From: an uncultured Planctomycetia bacterium
Lineage (GTDB): Bacteria; Omnitrophota; Gorgyraeia; Duberdicusellales; 4484-171
Reading direction: 5' to 3'
Length of the DNA: 32,000 nucleotides
Assembly (NCBI GenBank): GCA_964536865.1
Contig: CAZHYN010000002.1
Coordinates: forward strand, 90,001 to 122,000
The first letter of the stretch is position 1. Each line of letters opens with the position of its first letter. The position numbers and the translations under genes were made by a program. Under the pieces are notes generated by a model. That model saw only the letters and a program-made list of their open reading frames with translations. It did not search any database and was not told where the DNA came from. Shown piece by piece: positions 14,823 through 24,992 of the stretch.

Positions 14823-15825
14823 CTTCTATATACCTTAAGAATTTGCCCTCCTCCAAGATTTTTAACTCTACCCAGAAGATAAAGTAGTTAAGATTTGCTC
14901 TTGTGAAATCTAAATGGTAGTAATCTTTATAAGTAATTATTATATCTTCTATCCCTTCTTTTATGAAGGATTCTTCAAGAAGAGCAATCTCCTCAGGGCT
15001 AAAACAGTAGTGGTCAGGAAAAATTTCTACCTTCCCTATCCAGAGCTTCCTATTTGTAAGCTTCTCCAAAAATCCTTGAGGATATCCGGTAGCAGTCAAG
15101 ACACCCAGCTTTCTACCTCTAAAGTAATCTAAACTAATCAATTTTTTATCTTTATCTAAAAATCCCTTAAATACATAATCAGCAAAAAAAACTTTTAGTT
15201 TGCTATTTACCCTTAACACCTTCTCCCTATAAGAATCACAAAGTTTAGCTCCACTATAGGTAATAACCACTATATCTGCCCTCCTTAAAGAAGTTAGAGA
15301 TTCACGAAAATAGGAAGCCGGCAAAAGGTATTTACTTCTTGCCAGCTCATCTTTTCTTATAACAACGATATCCAAATCCCGGTCTAACCTTCTGTATTGA
15401 AAAGCGTCATCAAGAATAAAGAGATCGAAATTATTAGCAAGTCTCCTAATAAGACTGATTCTGTTTTTACCATCAAAAACCTTTTTTAAGTTATCTTTAA
15501 GAAGACGATATTCATCCTCAGCATATCCTTTAGTAATTACAGCTACCCTAAATTTAGAGGCTAGCTTGCGGAAAAGATAAATTGCCAAAGAGGTCTTGCC
15601 TGACCCTCCCCAACAGATGTTCCCTATGCTAATTACTTTTTTATTTAAGCGATAAACCTTAAGAATACGTTTATCGTAAAGAAAGTTCCTCAAACTCACT
15701 ATCATACCAAAAAGATAAGAACTAATTAACAGAAAGAAAAAAAGAATATTTTCTAACCAATTCTTTTTCTCTTTCTCCAGAAAAGTTAAGTACCACCTTT
15801 TTATACCTAAAGAATAAGAGTTCAT
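14794..15825 (-). CDS. lpxK: Tetraacyldisaccharide 4'-kinase
   Basis: 343 aa. N-terminal TM segment. P-loop GNICWGGSGKTSLAIYL is typical of LpxK. The gene is sandwiched between waaA and the lpxL-like gene. Confidence 0.85.
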   Translation of the reverse strand: MNSYSLGIKRWYLTFLEKEKKNWLENILFFFLLISSYLFGMIVSLRNFLYDKRILKVYRLNKKVISIGNICWGGSGKTSLAIYLFRKLASKFRVAVITKGYAEDEYRLLKDNLKKVFDGKNRISLIRRLANNFDLFILDDAFQYRRLDRDLDIVVIRKDELARSKYLLPASYFRESLTSLRRADIVVITYSGAKLCDSYREKVLRVNSKLKVFFADYVFKGFLDKDKKLISLDYFRGRKLGVLTATGYPQGFLEKLTNRKLWIGKVEIFPDHYCFSPEEIALLEESFIKEGIEDIIITYKDYYHLDFTRANLNYFIFWVELKILEEGKFLRYIEDVLTDKVSL

Positions 15826-17102
15826 AAGTAGGTGCTGATAATATCTATATTCCTTTTTAATATAGCTTCCCCTTCTTCAAATACTCGAGAAGCTCTCAAA
15901 GAAAGTTCCTCTCTTGCTCCAGAATCACTAATTAACTTCTCTAAAATTTCCCTTAATTCCTTTTTGTCTTTAACTTTTATTCCTGCTTTCTTCTCTAATA
16001 CTACTTCTTCAATTTCTTTAAAGTTTTCCATATAGGGACCAAAGAGGGTGGGTCTCAAAAAATACAGAGGCTCTAAAATATTATGTCCCCCAAATTTTAC
16101 CCAACTGCCTCCCACCAGACATATATCGGCTAAGCTATAGAAGTAGAATAGTTCTCCTATAGTATCTAAAATATAAATACTTGGTGGCTGAAGATTTCCC
16201 CATCCCCCTCTGGTTACTCTCTGAGGCAGAAATCCCTTTGACTCTATCGTCTTCTCCAGCAAAGGTATTCTCTGTAAGTGCCTAGGTCCAATGAGCAACT
16301 TTAGATTGGGAAATTTTTCTAGCAGCTGTTGGTAAACTTCTATAATCATTTCTTCCTCCCCCGGATGGGTGCTACCCGCTACTAAAAGCATCTCCCCTTT
16401 CTTCTTTAGCTTGCTATACTTTAGATAGAAGTCATCTAAATCTTTTTTCTCAGCATATAAACTGGCTAATTTTAAATTTCCTACAACAGAAACTTTCTCT
16501 TCTTCCATCCCTAAAGACAAAAACCTCTCTCGAGAAATATTATCCTTAACTCCTACATAATCTATCAATGAAAAAATCTTCTTCATAAAAAACTTAACTT
16601 TCTTATAGTAAGAGAAAGCTTTCTCAGAAATTCTTCCATTAATAATTAATATCTTAGTTCCCCTTCTTTTTAAATGATAGTAAAGATTAGGCCAAATCTC
16701 TGTCTCCACAGCAATAAAGATTTTGGGCTTAAATAAGTTGAGTGCTCTTAAGAGCGAGAAGGTAAAATCAAAGGGGAAATAAACTACAGCAAGATTAGGG
16801 TAAAATTTTTTAGCTACTCTCTTCCCTGTCAAAGTAGTTGTGGTAATAAGAATTGTGTAGTTTTTTAACCCTAATTCTTTAATTAATCTCCGCACAAGTA
16901 AAACCTCTCCTACACTTACAGCTTGAATCCAGATGGAAGCACCAGTTTGAGCAAATAGGCTCCTTATCTGGCTTGAGTAAAAGGTAAATTTCTCCAACAA
17001 ACCTTCCCAGTCAACTTTCTTTTTATAAATATAGGGAAAGAGATTGACAACTAATCCTACCAGAAGAAGAATCTCGTAAACTGCAACTAAAAATACCATC
17101 AT
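15822..17102 (-). CDS. waaA: 3-deoxy-D-manno-octulosonic acid (Kdo) transferase
   Basis: 426 aa. IWIQAVSVGEVLL matches the WaaA/KdtA signature. The C-terminal half is GT-B-like. 4-nt overlaps on both sides. Confidence 0.85.
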   Translation of the reverse strand: MMVFLVAVYEILLLVGLVVNLFPYIYKKKVDWEGLLEKFTFYSSQIRSLFAQTGASIWIQAVSVGEVLLVRRLIKELGLKNYTILITTTTLTGKRVAKKFYPNLAVVYFPFDFTFSLLRALNLFKPKIFIAVETEIWPNLYYHLKRRGTKILIINGRISEKAFSYYKKVKFFMKKIFSLIDYVGVKDNISRERFLSLGMEEEKVSVVGNLKLASLYAEKKDLDDFYLKYSKLKKKGEMLLVAGSTHPGEEEMIIEVYQQLLEKFPNLKLLIGPRHLQRIPLLEKTIESKGFLPQRVTRGGWGNLQPPSIYILDTIGELFYFYSLADICLVGGSWVKFGGHNILEPLYFLRPTLFGPYMENFKEIEEVVLEKKAGIKVKDKKELREILEKLISDSGAREELSLRASRVFEEGEAILKRNIDIISTYL

Positions 17103-17980
17103 GCTCTGGGATGTGCTCTTTGATAAACTTTTTTCAAACTTTCAATAGAAAGGTGGGTATATACCTGAGTGGTAGAGATACTCGCGTGCCCTAAGAGTTC
17201 CTGAACACTTCGTAAGTCCGCTCCTCGATTCAAAAGATGAGTAGCAAATGAGTGTCTAAAGGTATGGGGAGAAACTTTTAAACTTAAAGCGGCTTTTCTT
17301 ATATACCTATCTACTATCAATCTAAATGCTCTCTCACTAAGCTTAGTCCCTCTTCTATTTATAAAAAGGTAAGGATTGCTGTCTTTGCGCGACTTAAGGT
17401 AGTTTCTTATTGCTAAGATAGCTGGTTCTCCCAAAGGAAGAAGACGTTCTTTTCTCCCTTTTCCTTTTACCTTGACAATCCCTCCTAATAAGTCTACATC
17501 CTCTATTTTAAGAGAAGCTGCTTCAGAAACTCTTGCTCCGGTGGAGTAAAGAAATTCCAGAATTGCTTTATCCCTCAAACTGATGAAGGTATCTCCTCCT
17601 GGCATATTTAAGATTTTTGCTACTTCCTCCTCAGTAAGAAACTTTGGGAGTGGCTTTTCTAACTTAGGATAAATTAGGGCAGTTGCAGGATTACTTTTTA
17701 TAATTCCTTCTCTATAGAGAAATTTGAAGAAACTCTTCAAAGTAGAGATTTTCCTCGAGATACTTCTCCTACTAAGGTCTCTGGTAGCTAAATTGCCTAA
17801 AAATTTTCTTAGAGTAAAGTAATCTATCTCTTTTATATCTCTATTCTGGCAATGTTTCTGTAAGAAATCTCCAAACTCCTGGAGATCACGGAGATAATTA
17901 GAAATAGTATGATGAGAATAATTCCTCTCCATTTTCAAGTAAGAGATAAACTTATTAAGGTAATAAGAAAATAGATTCAT
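17099..17980 (-). CDS. xerC: Tyrosine recombinase XerC/XerD family
   Basis: 293 aa. Catalytic residues are in context: ARVSE (R), HTFRHSFATHLL (HxxR), LGHASISTTQVYTHL (H, Y). The dprA-topA-xer arrangement resembles the conserved Bacillus-type smf-topA-codV neighbourhood. The XerC versus XerD assignment is tentative. Confidence 0.75.
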   Translation of the reverse strand: MNLFSYYLNKFISYLKMERNYSHHTISNYLRDLQEFGDFLQKHCQNRDIKEIDYFTLRKFLGNLATRDLSRRSISRKISTLKSFFKFLYREGIIKSNPATALIYPKLEKPLPKFLTEEEVAKILNMPGGDTFISLRDKAILEFLYSTGARVSEAASLKIEDVDLLGGIVKVKGKGRKERLLPLGEPAILAIRNYLKSRKDSNPYLFINRRGTKLSERAFRLIVDRYIRKAALSLKVSPHTFRHSFATHLLNRGADLRSVQELLGHASISTTQVYTHLSIESLKKVYQRAHPRA

Positions 17981-17981
17981 A

Positions 17982-19922
17982 TTAACTTTGAGGCAACCTT
18001 TTTGTAGTATACCTACATTTGGGAAATCGTGAGCATCCGTAAAAGAAATAACCTTTTTTATTCCTTCTCTCTATAAGAACTCCCTCTTTACATTCTGGAC
18101 AACTTACTCCTGTATCTATACTTTTAGCATACTTGCATTGGGGAAATCGAGAGCAACTTAAGAATTTACCCCTTCTTGACCATTTTACCACAAGAAAGCT
18201 TCCACATTTAGGACATCTTTCTTTAGTAACCTCCTGATGCTTTTTTATTGCCTGAGTAGCCTTTACTACCCTATCTCTAAATGAAGGATAAAATTCTTCT
18301 AAGATTCTTATCCCTTCTAACTTTCCTTCTTCCACTGCATCAAGCTTCTCCTCCATCTTAGCAGTAAAACTCTCATCCATAATTTCAGGGAAATACTCCA
18401 TAAGTAAATCACATACTTTAATCCCCAACTCCCGAGGAACAAAATACCCTCTCTCTCTCCTGATATAATTCCTTTTAATTAAAGTAGAAATTGTAGGAGC
18501 GTAGGTAGAAGGTCTACCAATACCTTTTTCTTCCAGGAGCTTTACTAAAGAAGCATCGGTAAATCTAGCAGGAGGTTTGGTCTTATGTTCCACTACTCTA
18601 CAATCGGACAAAATAAGCTGCTCTTCCTCTCTTAAAGGAGGAAGAATGGCCTCTTCATCTCTTCCTGTAACTTTTTGATAGCCATCGAATATTATCTTTT
18701 TCCCTTCCAATAAAAACTCTGCTTTACCATCTTGAGAAGTTATCTCTACCTTAGTAGTTCTAAGTATTGCTTCCTTCATAAAGGAAGCTAGGAACCTCTG
18801 CCATATAAGTTCATATAGTTTCCCTAAATCAAGAGAAACGTACTTCTTTAACTCCTCAGGAGTTAAAGAAACATCTGTAGGCCTTATTGCTTCGTGAGCG
18901 CCTTGGGTTTGTTTTCTCTCCTTATACTTCCGCTCCTTAAGAAATAGATAATCTGAACCATAAACTTTTCTAATGTAATCTCTTACCTCTCTCTTTGCCT
19001 TCTCTGAAACAGTGTAAGAATCAGTTCTCATATAGGTAATGACTCCTACCATCTTATCAGCAATTTCCACTCCTTCGTATAACTTCTGAGCTAAAATCAT
19101 AGTCTTTTGGGAAGAAAACCTAAATTTGTTAAATGCCTCCTGCTGCAGAGAAGAAGTAATAAAAGGAGGAGGGGGTCTCTTTCTATAATCTCTTTCTTTA
19201 ATACTTCTTACAAAAAAATTCTTACCTTTTATCTCTTCTATTACTTCTTTGGCTTCCTCTTTTTTAGAGAAAGGAGCCTTCTTAGTCCCAAATCTCATAA
19301 GCTTTGATTTAAAACTCTTGCCCTCTATAGTAAAATTACCTTCTACTCCGTAACTAAACTGAGGAGTAAAACTTTCAATTTCCCTTTCTCTCTCTACAAT
19401 AAACTTTAAAGCTACCGATTGAACTCTCCCTGCAGAAAGTCCTCTTACAATCTTCTTCCAAAGAAGAGGAGAAAGAAAGTAACCTACGATTCTATCTAAA
19501 ATTCTTCTTGCCTTCTGAGCATTAACTTTATTCATATCTATATCTTGAGGAGAGGTGAAAGCCTCCTTTATCGCATCCTCAGTTATCTCATGAAATATTA
19601 CTCTAAGAAAGGCCTTACCGTATCTAGCTAATTTATTCTTTATATGCCATCCAATAGCTTCTCCTTCTCTATCCGGGTCTGTAGCTAAGTAGATAGCTTC
19701 TTTGCCCTTAGCTTTTTCCCTTAAAAGTTTAATGATTTTCTCTTTCCCCGGAATAGTTCTATAATAAGGAAGAAAACCTTTTTTTATACTCACCCCTAAA
19801 CTGTTAGGAGGTAAATCTACTACATGCCCCATAGAGGAAGTTACCTCAAAATCTTTTCCCAAAATTTTAGAAATAGTTTTAGCCTTAGTAGGAGATTCTA
19901 CAACAACCAAATACCTACCCAT
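17982..19922 (-). CDS. topA: DNA topoisomerase I
   Basis: 646 aa. TOPRIM start LVVVESPTKAKTISKIL. Active-site tyrosine context ITYMRTDS. Two C-terminal C4 zinc ribbons (CPKCG...CSRFPQC and CPEC...CSRFPKC). Confidence 0.95.
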   Translation of the reverse strand: MGRYLVVVESPTKAKTISKILGKDFEVTSSMGHVVDLPPNSLGVSIKKGFLPYYRTIPGKEKIIKLLREKAKGKEAIYLATDPDREGEAIGWHIKNKLARYGKAFLRVIFHEITEDAIKEAFTSPQDIDMNKVNAQKARRILDRIVGYFLSPLLWKKIVRGLSAGRVQSVALKFIVEREREIESFTPQFSYGVEGNFTIEGKSFKSKLMRFGTKKAPFSKKEEAKEVIEEIKGKNFFVRSIKERDYRKRPPPPFITSSLQQEAFNKFRFSSQKTMILAQKLYEGVEIADKMVGVITYMRTDSYTVSEKAKREVRDYIRKVYGSDYLFLKERKYKERKQTQGAHEAIRPTDVSLTPEELKKYVSLDLGKLYELIWQRFLASFMKEAILRTTKVEITSQDGKAEFLLEGKKIIFDGYQKVTGRDEEAILPPLREEEQLILSDCRVVEHKTKPPARFTDASLVKLLEEKGIGRPSTYAPTISTLIKRNYIRRERGYFVPRELGIKVCDLLMEYFPEIMDESFTAKMEEKLDAVEEGKLEGIRILEEFYPSFRDRVVKATQAIKKHQEVTKERCPKCGSFLVVKWSRRGKFLSCSRFPQCKYAKSIDTGVSCPECKEGVLIERRNKKGYFFYGCSRFPKCRYTTKRLPQS

Positions 19923-19923
19923 A

Positions 19924-21006
19924 CTAAAGATTTACGGTTCTTACAAAATGTAAAGGAGTTCTTTCCTTTATTAATCCCTTTAGGCGCAAACTGACCACAG
20001 TCTTGTTTACCATATCAAAACTTAAGCCAGTCTTTAAAATAAGTTCCTCTAAGTGAGTTCCTTTTTCTGAAATAGCTTCTAACGTCCTTCTCTCCTGAGG
20101 AGAAAGAGATAATCCCCTTTTGCCTTTGTGAGCTTCTATCTCTATATCTAAGTTTAGTTCTTCTAAGATATCTTCTATACCCTCCACTAACTTTGCTCCT
20201 TCTCTTATAAGAAAATTAGTCCCTTTACTCAAAGGAGAATTAGCCTGCCCGGGAAGAGCAAAGACCTCACGATTCTGTTCACAGGCGTAGCGAGCAGTAA
20301 TTAAAGCCCCGCTCTTAGCAGAGGCTTCAACTACCAGTACCCCCTTAGAAAGTCCACTTATTATCCTATTACGCCGGGGAAAATTCTCTCTTAACGGTGG
20401 CTCAAAGAGAGAGAATTCACTAACTAAAGCTCCTTCTTCTGAAATCTTGTAAGCTAACTTCCTGTTCTCTTTAGGATAGAGATTAAGAAGACCACTTCCT
20501 AATACAGCAACCGTTTTCCCTCCTCTTAAGGCAGATCTGTGAACCTGAGTATCTATTCCTCGAGCTAAACCAGAAACAACTACTATCCCTAAAGAGGCGA
20601 GACCAAAAGAAAACCTTTCTGCCATACTCAAACCGTAAACAGTAGGTATCCTACTTCCTACAATAGCAAAACATATTTGACTTAATACCTCTCTTTCTCC
20701 TTTAACGTAGAGGACAGGGGGAGCAAAAACTATCTCTTTAAGAAGAGGGGGATAATCTTGAGAAAAAATATCTATAATCTCTATCCCTTCTTTTTCTGCA
20801 ATCTCTAATTCCTTCTCTATCTGGAATGAGTTCTTTACTGAGAAAAACTTTTCTATCTCATAATCTTTAAAGTGTAGCTTCTCTCTTAGAGATCCGCTAC
20901 CCATTTTTAGAATTTCATCAGGGTCAGCAAAAATAGAAACTGCTCTTTGAATCTTTTGAGGCGATATCTTTATGTGATTAAGCAGAAGGAGTGATTTTTT
21001 TATCAT
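19924..21006 (-). CDS. dprA: DNA processing protein DprA (Smf)
   Basis: 360 aa. Rossmann-like core with AIVGSRIPTVYG and GLARGIDTQVHRSAL. C-terminal winged-helix-like extension. Confidence 0.9.
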   Translation of the reverse strand: MIKKSLLLLNHIKISPQKIQRAVSIFADPDEILKMGSGSLREKLHFKDYEIEKFFSVKNSFQIEKELEIAEKEGIEIIDIFSQDYPPLLKEIVFAPPVLYVKGEREVLSQICFAIVGSRIPTVYGLSMAERFSFGLASLGIVVVSGLARGIDTQVHRSALRGGKTVAVLGSGLLNLYPKENRKLAYKISEEGALVSEFSLFEPPLRENFPRRNRIISGLSKGVLVVEASAKSGALITARYACEQNREVFALPGQANSPLSKGTNFLIREGAKLVEGIEDILEELNLDIEIEAHKGKRGLSLSPQERRTLEAISEKGTHLEELILKTGLSFDMVNKTVVSLRLKGLIKERTPLHFVRTVNL

Positions 21007-21508
21007 CTTTTAGAATCTCCATAATCTTATCCACCACTTGAGAGGGATTTAAACCAGAAGTATCTACTCTTAAGGGAACCTGGTGATAAAAAGGAGAACG
21101 ATAAGCAAGAAGCTCCTCTATCTTTTTCTTAGGGTCAGCTACATTGAGAAGAGGACGATGCGTGTAACTTTTCGTCCTTTCATAGATTACCTCAACACTG
21201 GCTTCAAGACATACAGGTATTCCTGTAGCTTTAAGAATTTGTAAATTCTCTCTATCGATTACTATCCCTCCTCCACAGCTTACCACTAAATTTTTTCTCT
21301 CAGCAATTTCTTTTAAAACTTCTTTTTCAACTTTTCTAAAATAACTCTCTCCATATAAGGAAAATATGTCTACAATTTTTTTGTTCTCTTTCTTTTCTAT
21401 CTCTTCATCCATCTCTATAAATTCTCTATTTAGCCTTTTAGCTAAAAGCTTACCCACAGTGGTTTTGCCTGTTCCCATAAATCCTACGATATATATGTTC
21501 TTATCCAT
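20978..21508 (-). CDS. aroK: Shikimate kinase
   Basis: 176 aa. P-loop GFMGTGKTTVGKLLAKRL, then FIEMDEEIE and VVSCGGGIV motifs. Confidence 0.9.
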   Translation of the reverse strand: MDKNIYIVGFMGTGKTTVGKLLAKRLNREFIEMDEEIEKKENKKIVDIFSLYGESYFRKVEKEVLKEIAERKNLVVSCGGGIVIDRENLQILKATGIPVCLEASVEVIYERTKSYTHRPLLNVADPKKKIEELLAYRSPFYHQVPLRVDTSGLNPSQVVDKIMEILKDDKKITPSA

Positions 21509-21518
21509 TTTCTCAAAA

Positions 21519-21545
21519 TTTATACTACAAATGGCGATTTGTCAA
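21519..21545 (-). promoter_or_regulatory. Candidate sigma70 promoter for aroK-dprA-topA (very short leader)
   Basis: The minus strand reads TTGACA (21545-21540), a 15-nt spacer, then TATAAA (21524-21519). The -10 ends only 10 nt before the aroK ATG and no clear SD is present. The spacer is shorter than optimal. Confidence 0.3.
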
Positions 21546-21558
21546 CTCTTAAGTAAAA

Positions 21559-21627
21559 CCCGAACCACGGGCTTACCCTCGCCCTTTCAAGGAAAGGGCG
21601 AGGTGGCTTTCTGTGGTTCGGGGTAAA
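21559..21627. repeat. GC-rich compound palindromic element (long copy)
   Basis: The outer stem pairs CCCGAACCAC (21559-21568) with GTGGTTCGGG (21613-21622). The inner stem CCTCGCCCTTT-caagg-AAAGGGCGAGG spans 21577-21603. It shares its termini (CCCGAACC...GGGGTAAA), loop and stem with the reverse complement of 6874-6910. It lies in a divergent promoter region. Confidence 0.6.
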
Positions 21628-21698
21628 TACTTCAATATATATTTTACTTGAAGAGAGAGTAAAGAGATGATAAGATTGAGAAGAAAGGGAGGAGGATT

Positions 21699-22322
21699 AT
21701 GAAAGACGAAATGGATATCTTAAAAGAAGTAGGAAACACCGCTGCTGCTCATGGTAGTATTGCTCTCTCAGAAATCTTAGGGAAAAAAATCAAACTTCAT
21801 CTTCCTGTTGTAGACATAATTCCTTGCAAGAATATAGGAAAAGCAATGCCTCAGGAAGGAATGAGTATAACTCTACAAACTCAACTCTTAAGTGGTTTAG
21901 ATGGGAAAGTTGTTTTTATTTTGGAGGAAAAGCAAGCCTACAAACTTATCGATATATGCTATACAGGGGGAGAGATCAAAAAAACTGGAATATTTACGGA
22001 AATGGGAATGAGTCTAATAAAAGAAGTAGGAAATGTAGTTATTGCTAGTTACATAAGTGCTTTAGGGTTCTTTCTAAGAAAATTAATTGTTCCCTCTCTA
22101 CCTATACTTATAAATGCTCCACTCCAAGAGATTATAAAACTTGTAGTTGCCGGTTACGGGGAACATGACTACGTATTGGTAGTAGAGAGTATCTTTGAAG
22201 AGTCAGAAACTAAAATAAAAGGGACTTTCTGGCTCCTTCTTGCTCCTGATTCTGTAAAGCAGATAAAGGAAGCTTGTAAGAAGCTGTTAGAAGAAGTAGG
22301 TAAAAATGATGGAGGAAACTAG
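21699..22322 (+). CDS. cheC: CheC-family CheY-P phosphatase (both active-site motifs intact)
   Basis: 207 aa. Two copies of D/S-x3-E-x2-N-x22-P are present: DILKEVGN...(22)...P and SLIKEVGN...(22)...P. RBS GGGAGGAGG. 17-nt overlap with the downstream REC-GGDDF gene. Confidence 0.8.
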   Translation: MKDEMDILKEVGNTAAAHGSIALSEILGKKIKLHLPVVDIIPCKNIGKAMPQEGMSITLQTQLLSGLDGKVVFILEEKQAYKLIDICYTGGEIKKTGIFTEMGMSLIKEVGNVVIASYISALGFFLRKLIVPSLPILINAPLQEIIKLVVAGYGEHDYVLVVESIFEESETKIKGTFWLLLAPDSVKQIKEACKKLLEEVGKNDGGN

Positions 22323-23238
22323 TAACATCTTAATCTTTACTCCGGATTCCGAACTAAAGGAGTATATCCAAAAACTTATCAAAGGAGAAGGTTATGAGGT
22401 GGATGAAGTCAATCAATTAGAGATGCTTCAGGAGAAGCTATCTCAAGAGAAAGTGGGACTTCTTCTCATTGATTCCATGGGAAGCAGTACCATAGATATA
22501 TGTAAAAAAGTAAGATCTGATTTTACGTTACGCCATATTCCTATAATTGTAATAGTGGAAAAGGAAAGTACTATAGAAAAGATAAAAGTTATTTATGCGG
22601 GAGCTGACGACTATGTAGAAAAACCTATTAATGCAGGAGAGTTGCTTATACGGATAAAAGCAAACCTTTGGCGAGCTAACCGTGACTTAGATGCCAATCC
22701 TTTAACCAAACTTCCTGGTAATGTTTCTATATTTAGGGAGTTAGAAAAGAGACTAAGAAACAAAGAATTTTTCTGTGTAGGATATGCGGATTTAGATAAG
22801 TTTAAAGAATACAACGACTACTATGGATTTGAGTGGGGAGACAAAGTAATAAAACATACAGCTAAAATTTTAACTAATGCTCTAAAAGAAGCAGGTTCAC
22901 CCAACGATTTTCTTGGACATATAGGAGGTGACGATTTCATCTTTATTACCGGCTGGGAAAGTATTAATAATGTATGCGAAAATATCATAGAGAACTTCGA
23001 TAAAACTATTCCTTCCTTCTATAAAGAGGAAGATTTAAAAAAGAGATATATTATTGTAAAAAACCGTTTAGGGAAAGTAACTTCTGTCCCTATACTCACA
23101 ATCTCCATTGGAGTAGCTACTAATGAAAAGAGATCTTTAGCTCACGTGGGTCAAATAATTCAAATAGCTACGGAATTAAAAACCTACGCTAAAACTTTTT
23201 CTAAGAGCTTGTATATAATCGATCGTCGAAGAGGTTAA
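22306..23238 (+). CDS. Receiver-domain protein with GGDEF-type domain carrying a non-canonical GGDDF motif
   Basis: 310 aa. The REC-like N-domain keeps the acceptor Asp context LLLIDS and the Lys in YVEKP. The acidic pair is replaced (ILIFTPDSE) and the T/S position is Val. The GGDEF-like domain has NPLTKLPGN and [11 protein letters not shown]. The signature is GGDDF (nt 22924-22938) and there is no RxxD I-site. Confidence 0.75.
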   Translation: MMEETSNILIFTPDSELKEYIQKLIKGEGYEVDEVNQLEMLQEKLSQEKVGLLLIDSMGSSTIDICKKVRSDFTLRHIPIIVIVEKESTIEKIKVIYAGADDYVEKPINAGELLIRIKANLWRANRDLDANPLTKLPGNVSIFRELEKRLRNKEFFCVGYADLDKFKEYNDYYGFEWGDKVIKHTAKILTNALKEAGSPNDFLGHIGGDDFIFITGWESINNVCENIIENFDKTIPSFYKEEDLKKRYIIVKNRLGKVTSVPILTISIGVATNEKRSLAHVGQIIQIATELKTYAKTFSKSLYIIDRRRG

Positions 23239-24857
23239 CTACCTTCAAACTTAAATTTCTTCATTAACTCTTCCACTGACTTCGCTAGTTCACTTAGCTG
23301 CTGTGCTGAACTGACCATCTCTTCCATAGAGGTAGTCTGCTCCTGGATAGAAGCACTAGCTTCTTCTACTCCTGCAGATGTCCCTTCAATGATAGAGGCT
23401 ACCTCCTCTACTGCCTTTACTCCTTCTTCAGTTCGAGCAAGCTGCTCAGATATGACTTTTACTATCTGCTGAGCCATAGTATTGGCTTCATTTACCGAAG
23501 AAATCACTTCCTTTAAAGTATTTCTTACCTCTATTACTACGTTTCTTCCTTCAGTTACTTCTTTGGAACCAATCTCTATAGAAGAAATCGCTTTACCTAT
23601 ATCTTCCTGAATACTCTTTATCAAACCACCAATACGGCTAGCAGCTTGAGCAGAATTTTCTGCTAACTTTCTTATCTCATCAGCAACTACACCAAAACCT
23701 CTTCCTGCTTCTCCAGCACGTGCTGCTTCAATGGCAGCATTCAAGGATAAAAGATTAGTTTGGTCAGCAATATTAGTAATGGTAACAGTGATCTCTCCAA
23801 TCTGTTGAGACCTTTCCTCTAAGATACGCATAACCTCCACGTTTTTATTTACCGTATCAAATACTCTATCCATTTTTTCTGATAAAGTGGGAATTTTCTC
23901 TCCACTTAAATTTACTTGAGAAGCTGCAGAAGCAGAAACATCAGCGGTGTTTTTTGCCTTATCACCAACTTCTCTTAAGGATACATTAACCTCTCCCATA
24001 ATCCTAGATACATTTTCCACCTTAACTGTCTGGTCAGTAACGCCCTTGGAGAGTTGAGCCATGGCAGCACTTATCTGCTGTATAACTTCACTCATCTGAT
24101 GAGTTATATCTACAAACTGATGAGACGTCTCACTAATCTTTCTCCCCACTCTGCTGATTTCTAAAAGCGTGCCTTTCCAGAAAGAAACTATCTTATTTAG
24201 AATGTTATTCAGTTTCCCTACTTTCTCTATACTTTTCTCTATTTCCTTAGGAAATCTTCCCTCTGCTATCTCTTCAAAGATAGAAACGAAACGATCAATA
24301 GGATGAAAAAGACGAGCAGAGAGGAATTTTACTAAAAAGAAAACTAACACCACTCCTGCCAAGAGAGGAATCACAATAGTAGTTGCTACCTTAGAAACTG
24401 CTTTTGTTACTATCTTAGAATTTTTGACTAAGGAGAGGAATCCCAATAGCTTACCTTCTTCGTCCTTTATAGGATGAAGAACACCAATCACTCTGTAGCC
24501 TAAGAGTTTCTCTATCCTCTCCTTATCTAGTTTGTTAATATCTATACTCTTATCTAACAATTTTGGGCTGCTACTAATTTCCACTCTTCCTTTCCTATCA
24601 GTAACAGCAACTACAAAATTCTGTAAAGTTTTGCTAAAAACTTTCAGGCTATCCTCTATTCCAGACTTACCCTCCTTAACCCACCTATTACTTACCGCAG
24701 CCTCTAAAACTTTTGCTAAATTCTTTAAAGCTTCTCCTTCTCGACTATAAATAACACTCTTTTGGTAGAAAAAACTAACTACACCCATAATAAAGAAAAA
24801 TATGCACAGAACAGTGGTAATCCAAATAGTAATTTTATCCTTCAAAAATTTTGGCAC
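23235..24857 (-). CDS. Methyl-accepting chemotaxis protein (two TM segments, periplasmic sensor, HAMP, MA domain)
   Basis: 540 aa with a GTG start behind AAGGAGG. TM1 is [23 protein letters not shown] and TM2 is [21 protein letters not shown]. The conserved hairpin tip is [32 protein letters not shown]. Confidence 0.9.
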   Translation of the reverse strand: MPKFLKDKITIWITTVLCIFFFIMGVVSFFYQKSVIYSREGEALKNLAKVLEAAVSNRWVKEGKSGIEDSLKVFSKTLQNFVVAVTDRKGRVEISSSPKLLDKSIDINKLDKERIEKLLGYRVIGVLHPIKDEEGKLLGFLSLVKNSKIVTKAVSKVATTIVIPLLAGVVLVFFLVKFLSARLFHPIDRFVSIFEEIAEGRFPKEIEKSIEKVGKLNNILNKIVSFWKGTLLEISRVGRKISETSHQFVDITHQMSEVIQQISAAMAQLSKGVTDQTVKVENVSRIMGEVNVSLREVGDKAKNTADVSASAASQVNLSGEKIPTLSEKMDRVFDTVNKNVEVMRILEERSQQIGEITVTITNIADQTNLLSLNAAIEAARAGEAGRGFGVVADEIRKLAENSAQAASRIGGLIKSIQEDIGKAISSIEIGSKEVTEGRNVVIEVRNTLKEVISSVNEANTMAQQIVKVISEQLARTEEGVKAVEEVASIIEGTSAGVEEASASIQEQTTSMEEMVSSAQQLSELAKSVEELMKKFKFEGS

Positions 24858-24992
24858 CCCGCCCTCCTTGTTAACAACTTTTCTCGTTCATCAAAATTAT
24901 ATTTAAAAAAAGACGCACTCCCCCCTTTAAGGCAAAGTTTCAGGATAACACTTCCTTATCCAGAAAATTAGGCTTCTAAATTAACTAGGAAA

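Noticed and set aside
17099-17980. Tyrosine recombinase as a marker of an integrated mobile element or genomic island
   Set aside because: It sits in the conserved housekeeping arrangement dprA-topA-xer and overlaps waaA by 4 nt. There is no flanking tRNA, no direct repeats and no phage or transposon genes. It is best read as a chromosome-dimer-resolution Xer recombinase.
21559-21627. The long GC-rich hairpin as a rho-independent terminator
   Set aside because: It lies between two divergently transcribed genes (aroK and the plus-strand cheC). No convergent transcript needs terminating there, and no U-tract follows on either strand. I have treated it as a repeat or structured element.
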